A stretch of DNA of 64,000 nucleotides from contig CALUHR010000003.1 in NCBI GenBank assembly GCA_944320495.1, positions 1-64,000 of the forward strand, read 5' to 3'. Positions 17,066 to 26,921 of this stretch are shown piece by piece. Below the pieces are notes generated by a model. That model was not told where the DNA came from. It saw only the letters and a list, made by a program, of their open reading frames with translations, and did no database searches. Each line of letters begins with the position of its first letter. The stretch's first letter is position 1. A program made the position numbers and the translations under genes. The DNA comes from Candidatus Methanomethylophilaceae archaeon. GTDB lineage: Archaea > Thermoplasmatota > Thermoplasmata > Methanomassiliicoccales > Methanomethylophilaceae.

Positions 17066-18949
17066 ATGCGCACGATTGAGAAGAGACTCATCGGAGGGGG
17101 CGTCCTCTTCGCAGTGGGCCTGGTCCTTCACTACGCCGCCGATTCGCCCGGATGGATGGAACTGGCGGTCCTCGGCGCCTCGTATCTGATCATAGGCTAC
17201 GACGTGCTCCTCAAAGCCGTTCGCAACATCGGACACGGGAACTTCCTCGACGAGAACTTCCTGATGTCCGTCGCCACCCTCGGGGCCTTCGCCATACATA
17301 TGTATCCCGAGGCGGCCGCCGTCATGCTGTTCTATCAGGTGGGGGAGTGGTTCGAGGACCGCGCCGTCAACCGCACCAGGAAGTCCATCTCTGACCTGAT
17401 GGACATCCAGCCCGAATCCGCCCGCGTCATCAGGGACGGGAAAGCCGAGACCGTTGATCCCGAGGAGGTGTCCGTCGGAGAGACCATAGAGGTCCTCGCC
17501 GGCGAGAGGGTCCCGCTGGACGGGACCATCCTGGAGGGATGCTCCTCCCTGGACACGAAGGCCCTCACGGGGGAGTCCGTGCCGAGGGATGTCGCCCCCG
17601 GTGATGAGGTCGTATCGGGGACCGTCAACCTGTCCGCGAAGCTCACCGTCCGGGTCACCAGGGAGTACGAGGACTCCACCGTAGCCAAGGTCCTGGAGCT
17701 CGTGGAGGACTCGGTCTCGCGGAAAGCCCCCGCAGAGAGGTTCATCACGAGGTTCGCCAGGTACTACACGCCGGCTGTCGTGGCCGCCGCCGTCATCATC
17801 GCGGTGGTTCCCCCGCTGTTCGGTCAGGACCTGGTGACCTGGGTGTACCGCGCACTCACTTTCCTGGTGGTCTCATGCCCCTGCGCCCTGGTGATCTCCG
17901 TGCCGCTGAGCTACTTCTGCGGGATCGGGGCCGCATCCAGGATGGGCGTCCTGATCAAGGGGGCCAACTACCTGGAGGCGCTCTCCAAGGTCCACTCCGT
18001 GGTGTTCGACAAGACCGGCACCCTCACCCAGGGCCGCTTCGAGATCTCCAAGGTCCATCCCGTGGGATCCGACGACAGAATGTTGATAGACGTCGCGGCG
18101 GCCGCCGAATCCGCCTCCAACCACCCGATCTCCGCCTCCATCCGTAGGGCCGGCAGCGGTTCCGTGGACACGTCATCGGTGGAATCCGCGGAGGAGGTGG
18201 CCGGGATGGGCATCCGTGCCAGGATCGACGGGTCCGATGTGCTGGTAGGTAACCATCGTCTGATGGAGAGCCACGGCATCGGATACTGCGACGAGGAGGT
18301 GGCCGGGACCAACGTCCACGTAGCCCGCGACGGAAGGTACCTCGGACACATCGTCGTCTCCGACGTCGTCAAGGAGGACTCCCGCGAGGCCGTGTCCCGC
18401 CTCAAGGACATGGCTGTGGAGCGTACGGTGATGCTTTCCGGTGACTCCTCGAGGATCTGCCTGGACATCGGATCCCTGGTCGGGATAGACGAGGTCAGAT
18501 GCGAGCTCCTGCCCGGGGACAAGACGGACGAGCTCGAGCGCATAATGTCCGAATGCCCTCCCGGACGCAAGGTCGCGTTCGTGGGGGACGGCATCAACGA
18601 CGCGCCGTCCCTCGCCAGGGCCGACATCGGCATCGCCATGGGCGCGCTCGGGTCGGATGCGGCGATCGAGGCGGCGGACGTGGTCATAATGGACGACGCG
18701 CCTTCGAGGATCCCGGCATGCATCGGATTGGCCAGGAGGGTCAACCGCATAGTCGTCCAGAACATCGTCTTCGCGCTGGCGGTGAAGTTCGGGATAATGG
18801 TCCTGACCCTCGCGGGCCATGCGGACATGTGGCTTGCCGTCTTCGGCGACGTGGGGGTCTCCATCCTGGCCATCCTCAACGCCATGAGGTGCCTGAGGTC
18901 CGCAGAACCTCCTGCGGCCGCCCCCGCGCCCGTGCCGGATGCGGCCTGA
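17066..18949 (+). CDS. cadA: Zn/Cd/Pb P1B-type ATPase (CadA/ZntA)
   Basis: LTGES, SCPCALVIS, FDKTGTLT, HP, VGDGINDAP. Confidence 0.95.
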   Translation: MRTIEKRLIGGGVLFAVGLVLHYAADSPGWMELAVLGASYLIIGYDVLLKAVRNIGHGNFLDENFLMSVATLGAFAIHMYPEAAAVMLFYQVGEWFEDRAVNRTRKSISDLMDIQPESARVIRDGKAETVDPEEVSVGETIEVLAGERVPLDGTILEGCSSLDTKALTGESVPRDVAPGDEVVSGTVNLSAKLTVRVTREYEDSTVAKVLELVEDSVSRKAPAERFITRFARYYTPAVVAAAVIIAVVPPLFGQDLVTWVYRALTFLVVSCPCALVISVPLSYFCGIGAASRMGVLIKGANYLEALSKVHSVVFDKTGTLTQGRFEISKVHPVGSDDRMLIDVAAAAESASNHPISASIRRAGSGSVDTSSVESAEEVAGMGIRARIDGSDVLVGNHRLMESHGIGYCDEEVAGTNVHVARDGRYLGHIVVSDVVKEDSREAVSRLKDMAVERTVMLSGDSSRICLDIGSLVGIDEVRCELLPGDKTDELERIMSECPPGRKVAFVGDGINDAPSLARADIGIAMGALGSDAAIEAADVVIMDDAPSRIPACIGLARRVNRIVVQNIVFALAVKFGIMVLTLAGHADMWLAVFGDVGVSILAILNAMRCLRSAEPPAAAPAPVPDAA

Positions 18950-19063
18950 TGCCCATGGGCCCCCGTCGATAGGAGGCCTTGAAACCACTGACCGCAGACC
19001 CCCTCCGAGTATGACTCGGAGGGCCTGCGTTTCCCTTAAATCCGCACCCTCCGATTCTCACCT

Positions 19064-21151
19064 ATGGATGCGCTCATCAAGGCAACGGCCCTGGTACTGG
19101 TCGTCGCCGCCGTGCTCGCCCCGTTCGCGTTGGACGATTCTGACGCCGAGGCGGAGATGGACGGCGTGATGCTGTACCAGGTCAACCCATTCGACTGCGA
19201 AGGCGTGTCGATCCACAACTACGGGGAATCGACCGTCGACATCAGCGACTACACGATCAGGGACATGCCCCCTGGCAGCAATAACGAGGGAGTGCTGTCG
19301 TTCGCGCAGGGCATGAGGCTGGCACCCGGCGAGACGCTCGTCATCGTCTCGGAGATATCCGGGGACGAGCCGTTCTCCCAGCAGGACAACGTCGTCGTCA
19401 TCGGCGATGGGAAGGTCGAGTCCTCCGGCAGGTTCACCCTGGCCAACGGAGGGGACGACGTCTATCTGATGGACGGGGACCGCGTCGTGGACGCGATGTT
19501 CTACGGCAACGTCGATGTGGACCCGACATACTGGGACGGCCCCGCCGTGACCGAGAAGGACCGCTGGTTCTACCGCGCCGGCACCGTGGACCACGACGAC
19601 AGGTCCGACTGGTACCAGTACACCAGGGGCAGCATCAACGAACCCTTCGACCCCACCAAGAAGTACGATGCCGAGGTAACCCCCTTCCTCTTCCCCGAGA
19701 GCGGCGGGATACCGATCTACGAGGCGCTGGAATCGGCGACCGAGAGCATCTGCATCGAGATGTACCAGCTCGGAAGCAAGAACGTGATCGCGCTGCTCTG
19801 CGAGAAGGCCGCCGACGGCGTGGAGGTCCGCGTCCTCCTGGAGGGGGAATCCCTCGACGGTGGATACGACCCGATCGTCTCCGCCGGCCCCCAGTGGCTC
19901 CAGCTCCTGGAGAACGGCGGGGAGGTCAGACTCATCGGCGTCGGGGAGGACTACAACAGATTCCAGTTCGACCATGCCAAGTTCGCCGTCATCGACGGGG
20001 ACACCACAATAGTCACCTCCGAGAACTGGACCACCGATAACATGAACGGCAGCATCGACGACGACCCGTACGATTCCGGCACCCTCGGGAACCGCGGATG
20101 GGGCGCCATCGTGGAGAGCGCAGGCTACTCCGGGTACATGGCGGACGTCTTCGAGAACGACTGGTCCACAGACTACGGCGATGTCAAGTCCCTCCTGGAG
20201 GTCTACGATAACCTCAACGAGGGCGAGGTCTACTACATAGCCCCGAGTGACTCCGGCGAGTTCCCCTCATACGACGCCAAGGTTACGCCCGTCCTCTCCT
20301 GCGACAACTCCTACAACGCCCTGATGTACTATGCCGGCACGGCCGAGGAGAGATTGTACACCCAGCAGCAGAGCTACTCCGAGTTCGGCACCTACGACGA
20401 GGGATCCCCTCTGATGATCTTCGACGAGGCGTCCCAGCGCGGGGTCGACACCAGAGTGATCTTCAGCAAAAACCTCGAGGATCAGGTCGACCAGATGAAC
20501 GCGAGGACCAACGTCCAGGTCGCCATGATGGACGACCCCTACGTCCACAACAAGGGCGTGATCTGCGACGACGTCGTCTGGGTGTCCTCGATTAACTGGA
20601 CCGAGACCTCCATGTTCCAGAACAGGGAGTGCTGCGTCGCCATCGAGTCCGCGGAGGTCGCCGACTTCTTCGCTGAGGTATTCCTCCAGGATTTCGACCG
20701 CTACTACACCTATGGCGGGTTCACCGCCTACTTCGAGGACATCGAGGACTCCTACCCCTCCGGCGAGGAGGTCGTGTTCACGGTGACCGTCAACCCCGCG
20801 GCAGGCGACTATGAATACGTCTGGGACTTCGGGGACGGCTCCGCGACGAAGACCACGGACATCAACAGGACGGCGGCCAGACCGGCCGACGGTACGCACA
20901 CGCTGTCCGTGCGCATAACCGACATGTCCTCCGGCATCACCAAGACGATAACCGCCGAGTACACCGTGGGAGAGGTCCAGGAGACCCCGTCCGACGATCC
21001 CGCGGGCGATGGGGGATCGACCATCTCCGATCTGCTGGACGGCAACCTGCAGTACATCATCGTCATCCTCGTGGTGCTCCTGTTCGCTGTAGCCGCGGCG
21101 GCGAAGTCCCGCGGAGGGAAGTCGAAGAAGAAGGGCAAGAGGAGGAACCGA
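19064..21151 (+). CDS. Secreted, membrane-anchored phospholipase D-family protein (lamin-tail + 2 HKD + PKD); proposed CGA stop
   Basis: Signal peptide, HAKFAVID and HNKGVICD, YEYVWDFGDG, TM plus KSKKKGKRRN tail, then CGA (21149-51) overlapping the next ATG. Standard code runs on to 21433. Confidence 0.8.
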
Positions 21152-21606
21152 TGGGTTTCTTCATGGTCCGCAGGGCCGGAGGGGCCGATGTGCCGTCGAT
21201 GTACGGCATCTACACGGAAAACCTCGACGACTACGTGTCGGCCGACGCGATCGAGTTCTTCATGCTCCAGTGGCCTCGGGGGCAGCTCGTCGCGGAGGCC
21301 GTCACCGGCGGGACCGCCGGGGCGCTCAGCTCCTTCGTCATGGAGGACGGGGCCGTCTCGGTGGCCCTGCTGGCCGTCGGGGGACCCTTCCGCGGCATGG
21401 GGGCCGGTTCGGCCCTCATGGACCGCATTATAGCGGAATCGATCGCCGTGGGCGCACCGCGCGTACAGCTCGAGGTCCGCGTCACGAACGATCCCGCCAT
21501 CTCGTTCTACGAGAGACGCGGATTCGTCAGGACCGAGACCGTCCGCGGCATCTACGGCGACGGTGGTGACGGCTACAGGATGGTCCTGGACCTCGGTCAC
21601 GCCTGA
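21151..21606 (+). CDS. GNAT acetyltransferase (RimI-like)
   Basis: LAV...FRGMGAGSALM, LEVRVTN..AI.FYERRGF. Confidence 0.85.
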   Translation: MGFFMVRRAGGADVPSMYGIYTENLDDYVSADAIEFFMLQWPRGQLVAEAVTGGTAGALSSFVMEDGAVSVALLAVGGPFRGMGAGSALMDRIIAESIAVGAPRVQLEVRVTNDPAISFYERRGFVRTETVRGIYGDGGDGYRMVLDLGHA

Positions 21607-23479
21607 GCAGGAAGTACACCGCCACCGAGGCGACGATCACGATCGCCGCGGCTATGATCACGTTCAGGACCAGAGGGTCCAACGACAGCCAGGACCCGTC
21701 ATCGCCCTCCGGGACGGAGTCCACATGGTAGACGCCGTTGGCGGTGGCCATGAACGTCACCATCCCCGATGCGGCGTCCTCCTCGTCGGTAACGATCTCC
21801 ATCCTGTTCCCGTCGGAGTCCGTCACGACGGCCACATCTCCGGAAGCGACCCTGTAAGGCACGGACACCTCGACCGTTAGTGCATCCTCCGATGATTCGA
21901 AGCCCGCGAGGTACAGGTCCCACGATCCGCCGGAACCCTTCTCGAGGGATACGACGAACTCGGTACCGCCCACGTACATGGACTCCAGACCCGTTATCAG
22001 GACCCATGAGTCGGTGGAGCCGAAGCGGACCATGGCAGAGTTGAAGTACATATCACCGGACTGGGAGCGCAGGACCACGGCGTCATCGGTCACCGTCATG
22101 ACGTCTATCTTCCCGTCGGTGAGCCTTGGAAAGATGCAGGTGGCCACGATACCATCTCCGATGGTGTCGCCGTTGACCTGCCCGCCTTCGCGCCTCTCGA
22201 TGACCCCGTTGTTCTCGAAGGTCCCCGAGACGTCCACATCACCGCTGAGAATGAGGAACCAACCGTTGACCATCGTCCCGGCGGGTTCGACGGAGAGGGT
22301 CGAGCCGGAGGTCACCCAGAGGTCCGTGTCGATGTAGAGGACCGTTCCCGAGGGCACCGTGAGATCGGAGTATGATGCCCAGACCCCATCCTCCCCGTAG
22401 ACGGCGATCCTGTTCGACGACACGCCCACCGTGTCCCTCAGCTCGGCGCGCTTGACCGATCCCCCGATCTTGTAGTCGGAGAGGTCATAGACCTCGGTGT
22501 CCGAGGCTATGAAGCAGGGGTTGACCCTTATCGTGACGTCGTGCGCGTCCAGGATGACGTTTCTCGGCTGTGCCAATGCGGGAGACTCCCCGTTGCAGAG
22601 AACAGTCGGAGCGTCGAGGATCCCACCGCCGACGATGGCCGTCCCCACGTCCATCTCGGCGCCGATGCTGACGGTGACGTCCCTCTGGACGTAGAACGTC
22701 CAGAGGTCCCCGAGATAGCGGGCATCGCTGTCCTGGACGTCCGAACCGATACACAGATAGCGGACCGAACCGGCCTTGAGGTCGTAGCTCAGATACGTGA
22801 CGACGCAGCGCTGGTTGGACATGTATCCCACGTCTCCGCCGGCGATGGTCACCGACAGGTCGATGCAGCGCCCATCCTCCCCCGACGGGTACAGACGATC
22901 GATGCTCGCGCCCTTCTTCACGGAGATGTCTATGGAACCGATCTCCACCATGCAGTCGGAGGCTATCACGACGTCCACATCGCCCGCTATGGACATCGTC
23001 AGCGATGATACGGGCGAATACGCGGTGAAGTGGGAATCCGGCAACGCGGTCTCGACACGCAGCACCGCCGAGACCCCGGTTATGCTGGTCGCGCTCCCGG
23101 AAACCATGGTGAACTCCACGTCCACCGGCGCCTCCGGGTCGCTGATGGTGTCCAGCGAGAGGACGGTCAGGTTGCGGACGGAGGCACCGTCGAAGACTAT
23201 CGACACCGACCCGTCCACATCCGTCCAGTCGACCAGGGTCAGGTCGGAGTCCTGCCTGTACCTCTGGACCGTGTGCGTCTGGCCGTCCGGACCGGGTTCC
23301 GAAAGACGCTTGGTGACGAGGACGGAACCGTCGTCCTCCGTGACTATGATGTCCGCGTCCGGATACAGCTCCTGGGGCAGCGCTCCGTCGTCCCCGTCGC
23401 CGGCCGCCGCCGATGAGACGGTGACCATGAGGAGCAATAGAACCGCGACGGCTGTGACCGCGACCGGGAGCCTGTTCAT
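21593..23479 (-). CDS. Secreted/membrane-anchored surface protein; proposed CGA stop
   Basis: Signal peptide, acidic beta-rich body, C-terminal TM ending YFLLRRD then CGA. Standard code extends it to 21527. Confidence 0.7.
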
Positions 23480-23555
23480 GGCGGGTCAAGGAACGCACCG
23501 ATTGAAAATGGATTCGCCGGGACGCACGGCCCCGGCGTAATGTGGATCTCCACGT

Positions 23556-25070
23556 TTAGTTGAACATCGTGTCGTCGAGATGCTCGGTCTGGAAGTAGTA
23601 CGAGGACCTCTCCTTCTGCGCGGACGAGACGTCCTTGCCGAGACCCTTGTTGTAGGAGCCGTACCTCTCGCGGATCTGCTCCTCGACACCCCTGGAGCGC
23701 CTGAGGGCGCGCCTGATGTGGTCGGCCTCGATGAGCGGGGAGTCCTCCATGACGGCGATGTCCCCCGCGGCGCGGATGAGACCGCCGAGCTCCCTCAGCC
23801 TGAGGGTGAGGGAGTTGTTCTGGTTGTCCTCCTTGGCCCTGCGCTTCCCCTCCTCGATGATGAGCTCCACCGCCTCGATGGTGGCATGGGGGATATGGCC
23901 GTCCAGGTTGACCTCCTGGGCCACAAACTGGGCGTACTTGGCGCGGTTGCGGGGCGTGTCCGGCATGGCGATGTCGACGAGGACCTCGTACCCTCCGCCG
24001 ATTATCCTGGAGCGGAGCGGCGAAAGGATGTTCTCGAGGTCCTGGATGTTGCACGCCGCCACGAGGATGAAGTCGCACGGGACGTCCTCGACCTTGACGC
24101 TGGCGCCGGCGGACTGCGGGTTGCGGCCGACGATCGGGAAGGTCTTCTCCTGCATCGCCGTGAGAATGTACCTCTGGAGGTCCCCCAGGTGGGAAATCTC
24201 GTCGATGAACAGCACGCCCTCGTGGGCCTCGTGGATGGAACCGGCCACGATCCTCTCGTATGCGGGGGTCCCCAGCTTATCGTGGCCGCCGTAGGGGTCG
24301 TGTCTCACGTCCCCGAGCAGCTCCGTCTCGGACGCCCCCGTGGCGAGCACGAAGGGGTCCCTGTGCAGCTTCACGAGGACCTTCTCGTTCGACGTGCGCT
24401 GAAGCTCGGCGCGCTTGTCCAGAGCCTTCTGGTCGAGCATGCGGATCTTGTCGCCCGCGCGCTCGAAGATGACTACCTCCTCCTCGCCGTCGCGGGTGCG
24501 GGTGGTGTGAACCTTCTCCTTCCCGGCGGTGGCCTGCGGGAGCGCGACCTCGAGCATCCCTCCCAGGAGGTCCTGGAAGGGGTTGTTGCGGCCGCCCATC
24601 TCCACCTTGCTCTTGCTGCAGTGGGGGCAGGTCAGGTCCGTCGGCAGGGAGTACTTCCCGCACTCCTTGCACCTGTAGCCCAGGTGCTCGGCGACGTTGG
24701 GAGGGGCGTTGGGCGGATCGAGCAGAACGCCTACGGACTCGGCGCGGATGCTCTCCTCGCGCTCGACCTCCTCCGCGTCGAGGACCTCCAGGAACGGCCT
24801 CTCCGGGTTCTCCGGGTTCTTGACGACCCTGATCTCCTGCTTCGGCTGGGGCAGGTTCATGGAGAGCGCCCTGGCGATCATCGACTTGCCGGTCCCTGGG
24901 GGCCCGACGAGCAGGAGGTGCCTCCTCTGCCTCGCCGCAATCTTGGCGAGCTCGATGGCCTCCTCCTGCCCCAGGACCCTGTCCAGGGGATCGGAGGGGA
25001 TCTGGATCTCTTCGGTCGACGATAGGGCGGCGACGTCGTCCCAAGTCTCTACGTGTCTCTTCTCGGACAT
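23556..25070 (-). CDS. Archaeal Lon-like AAA+ ATPase with Zn-finger insert, no protease domain
   Basis: LDRVLGQEEA, GPPGTGKS, HEAHEGVLFIDEI, LRLRELGGLIRAAGD; CxxC/CPxC insert. Confidence 0.8.
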   Translation of the reverse strand: MSEKRHVETWDDVAALSSTEEIQIPSDPLDRVLGQEEAIELAKIAARQRRHLLLVGPPGTGKSMIARALSMNLPQPKQEIRVVKNPENPERPFLEVLDAEEVEREESIRAESVGVLLDPPNAPPNVAEHLGYRCKECGKYSLPTDLTCPHCSKSKVEMGGRNNPFQDLLGGMLEVALPQATAGKEKVHTTRTRDGEEEVVIFERAGDKIRMLDQKALDKRAELQRTSNEKVLVKLHRDPFVLATGASETELLGDVRHDPYGGHDKLGTPAYERIVAGSIHEAHEGVLFIDEISHLGDLQRYILTAMQEKTFPIVGRNPQSAGASVKVEDVPCDFILVAACNIQDLENILSPLRSRIIGGGYEVLVDIAMPDTPRNRAKYAQFVAQEVNLDGHIPHATIEAVELIIEEGKRRAKEDNQNNSLTLRLRELGGLIRAAGDIAVMEDSPLIEADHIRRALRRSRGVEEQIRERYGSYNKGLGKDVSSAQKERSSYYFQTEHLDDTMFN

Positions 25071-25072
25071 GG

Positions 25073-26635
25073 TCAGTACAGGTCTTCCTTGGTCCAGATG
25101 GAGATGTCGGCGGGCATCTTGGTGATGTTGCCCTTCCTTGTGCCGACGACGATCCTGATGCCCTTGTCGACGGAGACGTCGAGGATCCTCTGGGAGATGA
25201 CACCGTCGAACACGATGGCGACGACGCCCTCGACGTCCTCCTTCAGGGTGTTGACCAGGCTCTTCACGGCGACCTCGCGAAGGACCTCGTTGCCCTCGCC
25301 GAGGATCTTGGCGTTATGGGTCGTGGAGAGGTCGAGGAGCATGTCCCTGAACTGCTCCTGCTCGGGGGAGAGGGTCTTGTTGCTGGTGGCCCTCTTGCCG
25401 CGGAGTGTCCTGGGGCCCTTGGCCTTGGGCTTCTCCTCCTTCGGCTCCTCTGCGGGCTTCTCCTCCTTGGGCTCGTCCGCAGCCTCGGCCTGGACGGGCT
25501 CCTCGCGGACCATCAGGTGGGTCTCGCCGGGGACGGTGAGGGACCTCTCCGCAGGAGGCATCTCGATGACCTCAGCGGCGGGCTCCTTCTTCCTGAACCT
25601 GTCGATGGCGTTGGAGTCGAAGCGGTCCTTCTTCTCCCTGCGCTCCTCGCGGTCCTTCCTGTCGCGGCGCTCGCGCCTGCGCTCGCCGTCCTCGCCGCGG
25701 TCCCTGCGCCTCTCGTGGTGCTGGGGCTCCTCGGCGGGCTCCTCACGGTACTCCTCGTGGCGGGGCTCCTCGTCGGCGTCCTCGTCGCGGGGCATGGCGA
25801 GCCCGTTCATCTCCATGTACTGGTCCCCGGGCATCTTGTTCCTGAGGCACTTGACGATCTGCTTGGCGGTGAGCTCCTCGACCTCATGGGCGCGCGGTGC
25901 GCGGGCGACGAAGTCGACCTCGGCGACCTGGAAGAGCTCCCTGAGGATCAGCTCTCCGCCCCTGTCGCCGTCGACGAAAGCGGTGGCGACCCTCTCGCGA
26001 GAGAGCTCCTGGACGGTCTTGGGGATGCTGGTACCCTCGACGGCGATGGCGTTCTTGATGCCGGCCTTGAGGAGGTTGAGGACATCGGAGCGGCCCTCGA
26101 CGATGATTATGGCCTCGGAGTCCTTCACGTTGGGTCCGGCCGGGCACCTGTCCTTGCCGTAGGTGGTGATCTCCTCGACCTGAACGCTCTGCCTTACGCT
26201 GTCTGTGAGGTCGATGCTGGTGCCCTTGGACTGCTTGATGAGCTCGTTGAGGAGCTCCTTGGCGCGCTCGACGACCTTCTCCCTCTTGGTGACCCTCACG
26301 TCCTCGATTCCCAGGACGTGGATGGAGGCCTTGCAGGGTCCGACGCGGTCGACGGTCTCGAGGGCGGATGCGAGGATGACGGTCTCCACCTGGTCCAGGC
26401 TGGAGGACATGTAGATGATCCCCTCGGACTTGCCGCCCTTGGATGTGATCTCGACCTCGATCCTGCCGATGCGGCCGGATTTCTGAAGGTCCCTGAGGTC
26501 GAGCTCGTCGCCGAGGAGTCCCTCGGTCTGTCCGAAGATCGCCCCGACCACGTCGGGTTTCTCGACGATGCCGTCGGCGTTGATCTTCGCTTTCACCATA
26601 TACTTAGTTGCACTTGGATCGATATTCATCAGCAC
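25073..26635 (-). CDS. dnaG: Archaeal DnaG-type primase (exosome-associated)
   Basis: VEKPDVVGAIFGQTEGLLG, IIVEGRSDV, DGDRGG (TOPRIM), FDG.ISQRILD. Confidence 0.95.
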   Translation of the reverse strand: MLMNIDPSATKYMVKAKINADGIVEKPDVVGAIFGQTEGLLGDELDLRDLQKSGRIGRIEVEITSKGGKSEGIIYMSSSLDQVETVILASALETVDRVGPCKASIHVLGIEDVRVTKREKVVERAKELLNELIKQSKGTSIDLTDSVRQSVQVEEITTYGKDRCPAGPNVKDSEAIIIVEGRSDVLNLLKAGIKNAIAVEGTSIPKTVQELSRERVATAFVDGDRGGELILRELFQVAEVDFVARAPRAHEVEELTAKQIVKCLRNKMPGDQYMEMNGLAMPRDEDADEEPRHEEYREEPAEEPQHHERRRDRGEDGERRRERRDRKDREERREKKDRFDSNAIDRFRKKEPAAEVIEMPPAERSLTVPGETHLMVREEPVQAEAADEPKEEKPAEEPKEEKPKAKGPRTLRGKRATSNKTLSPEQEQFRDMLLDLSTTHNAKILGEGNEVLREVAVKSLVNTLKEDVEGVVAIVFDGVISQRILDVSVDKGIRIVVGTRKGNITKMPADISIWTKEDLY

Positions 26636-26921
26636 CCTCCTGGGGGTGTTATGTCAGAGAAAACACGGTGCCCCTGCTCCGTCCCTACGCCGTCGGCCCA
26701 AGGCCTCGCACGGCGAGTACCAAACCATTGCGACGATCCATTTGCTGGGTCGGAGCCCCGTTGCCCATCGTCCGCCGGTGTTCGCCCCATCCCCGGGGCG
26801 AGTGATGATAGTGAGTGTGAACAGGGTTGCCAGGTGCAATCCCTAGATGCCGTATTGTTGCATCCTTTATAAACCCGTTATATGGAAATGATGTGGAATG
26901 AGGGGCGAAACCCCTCGTTTG

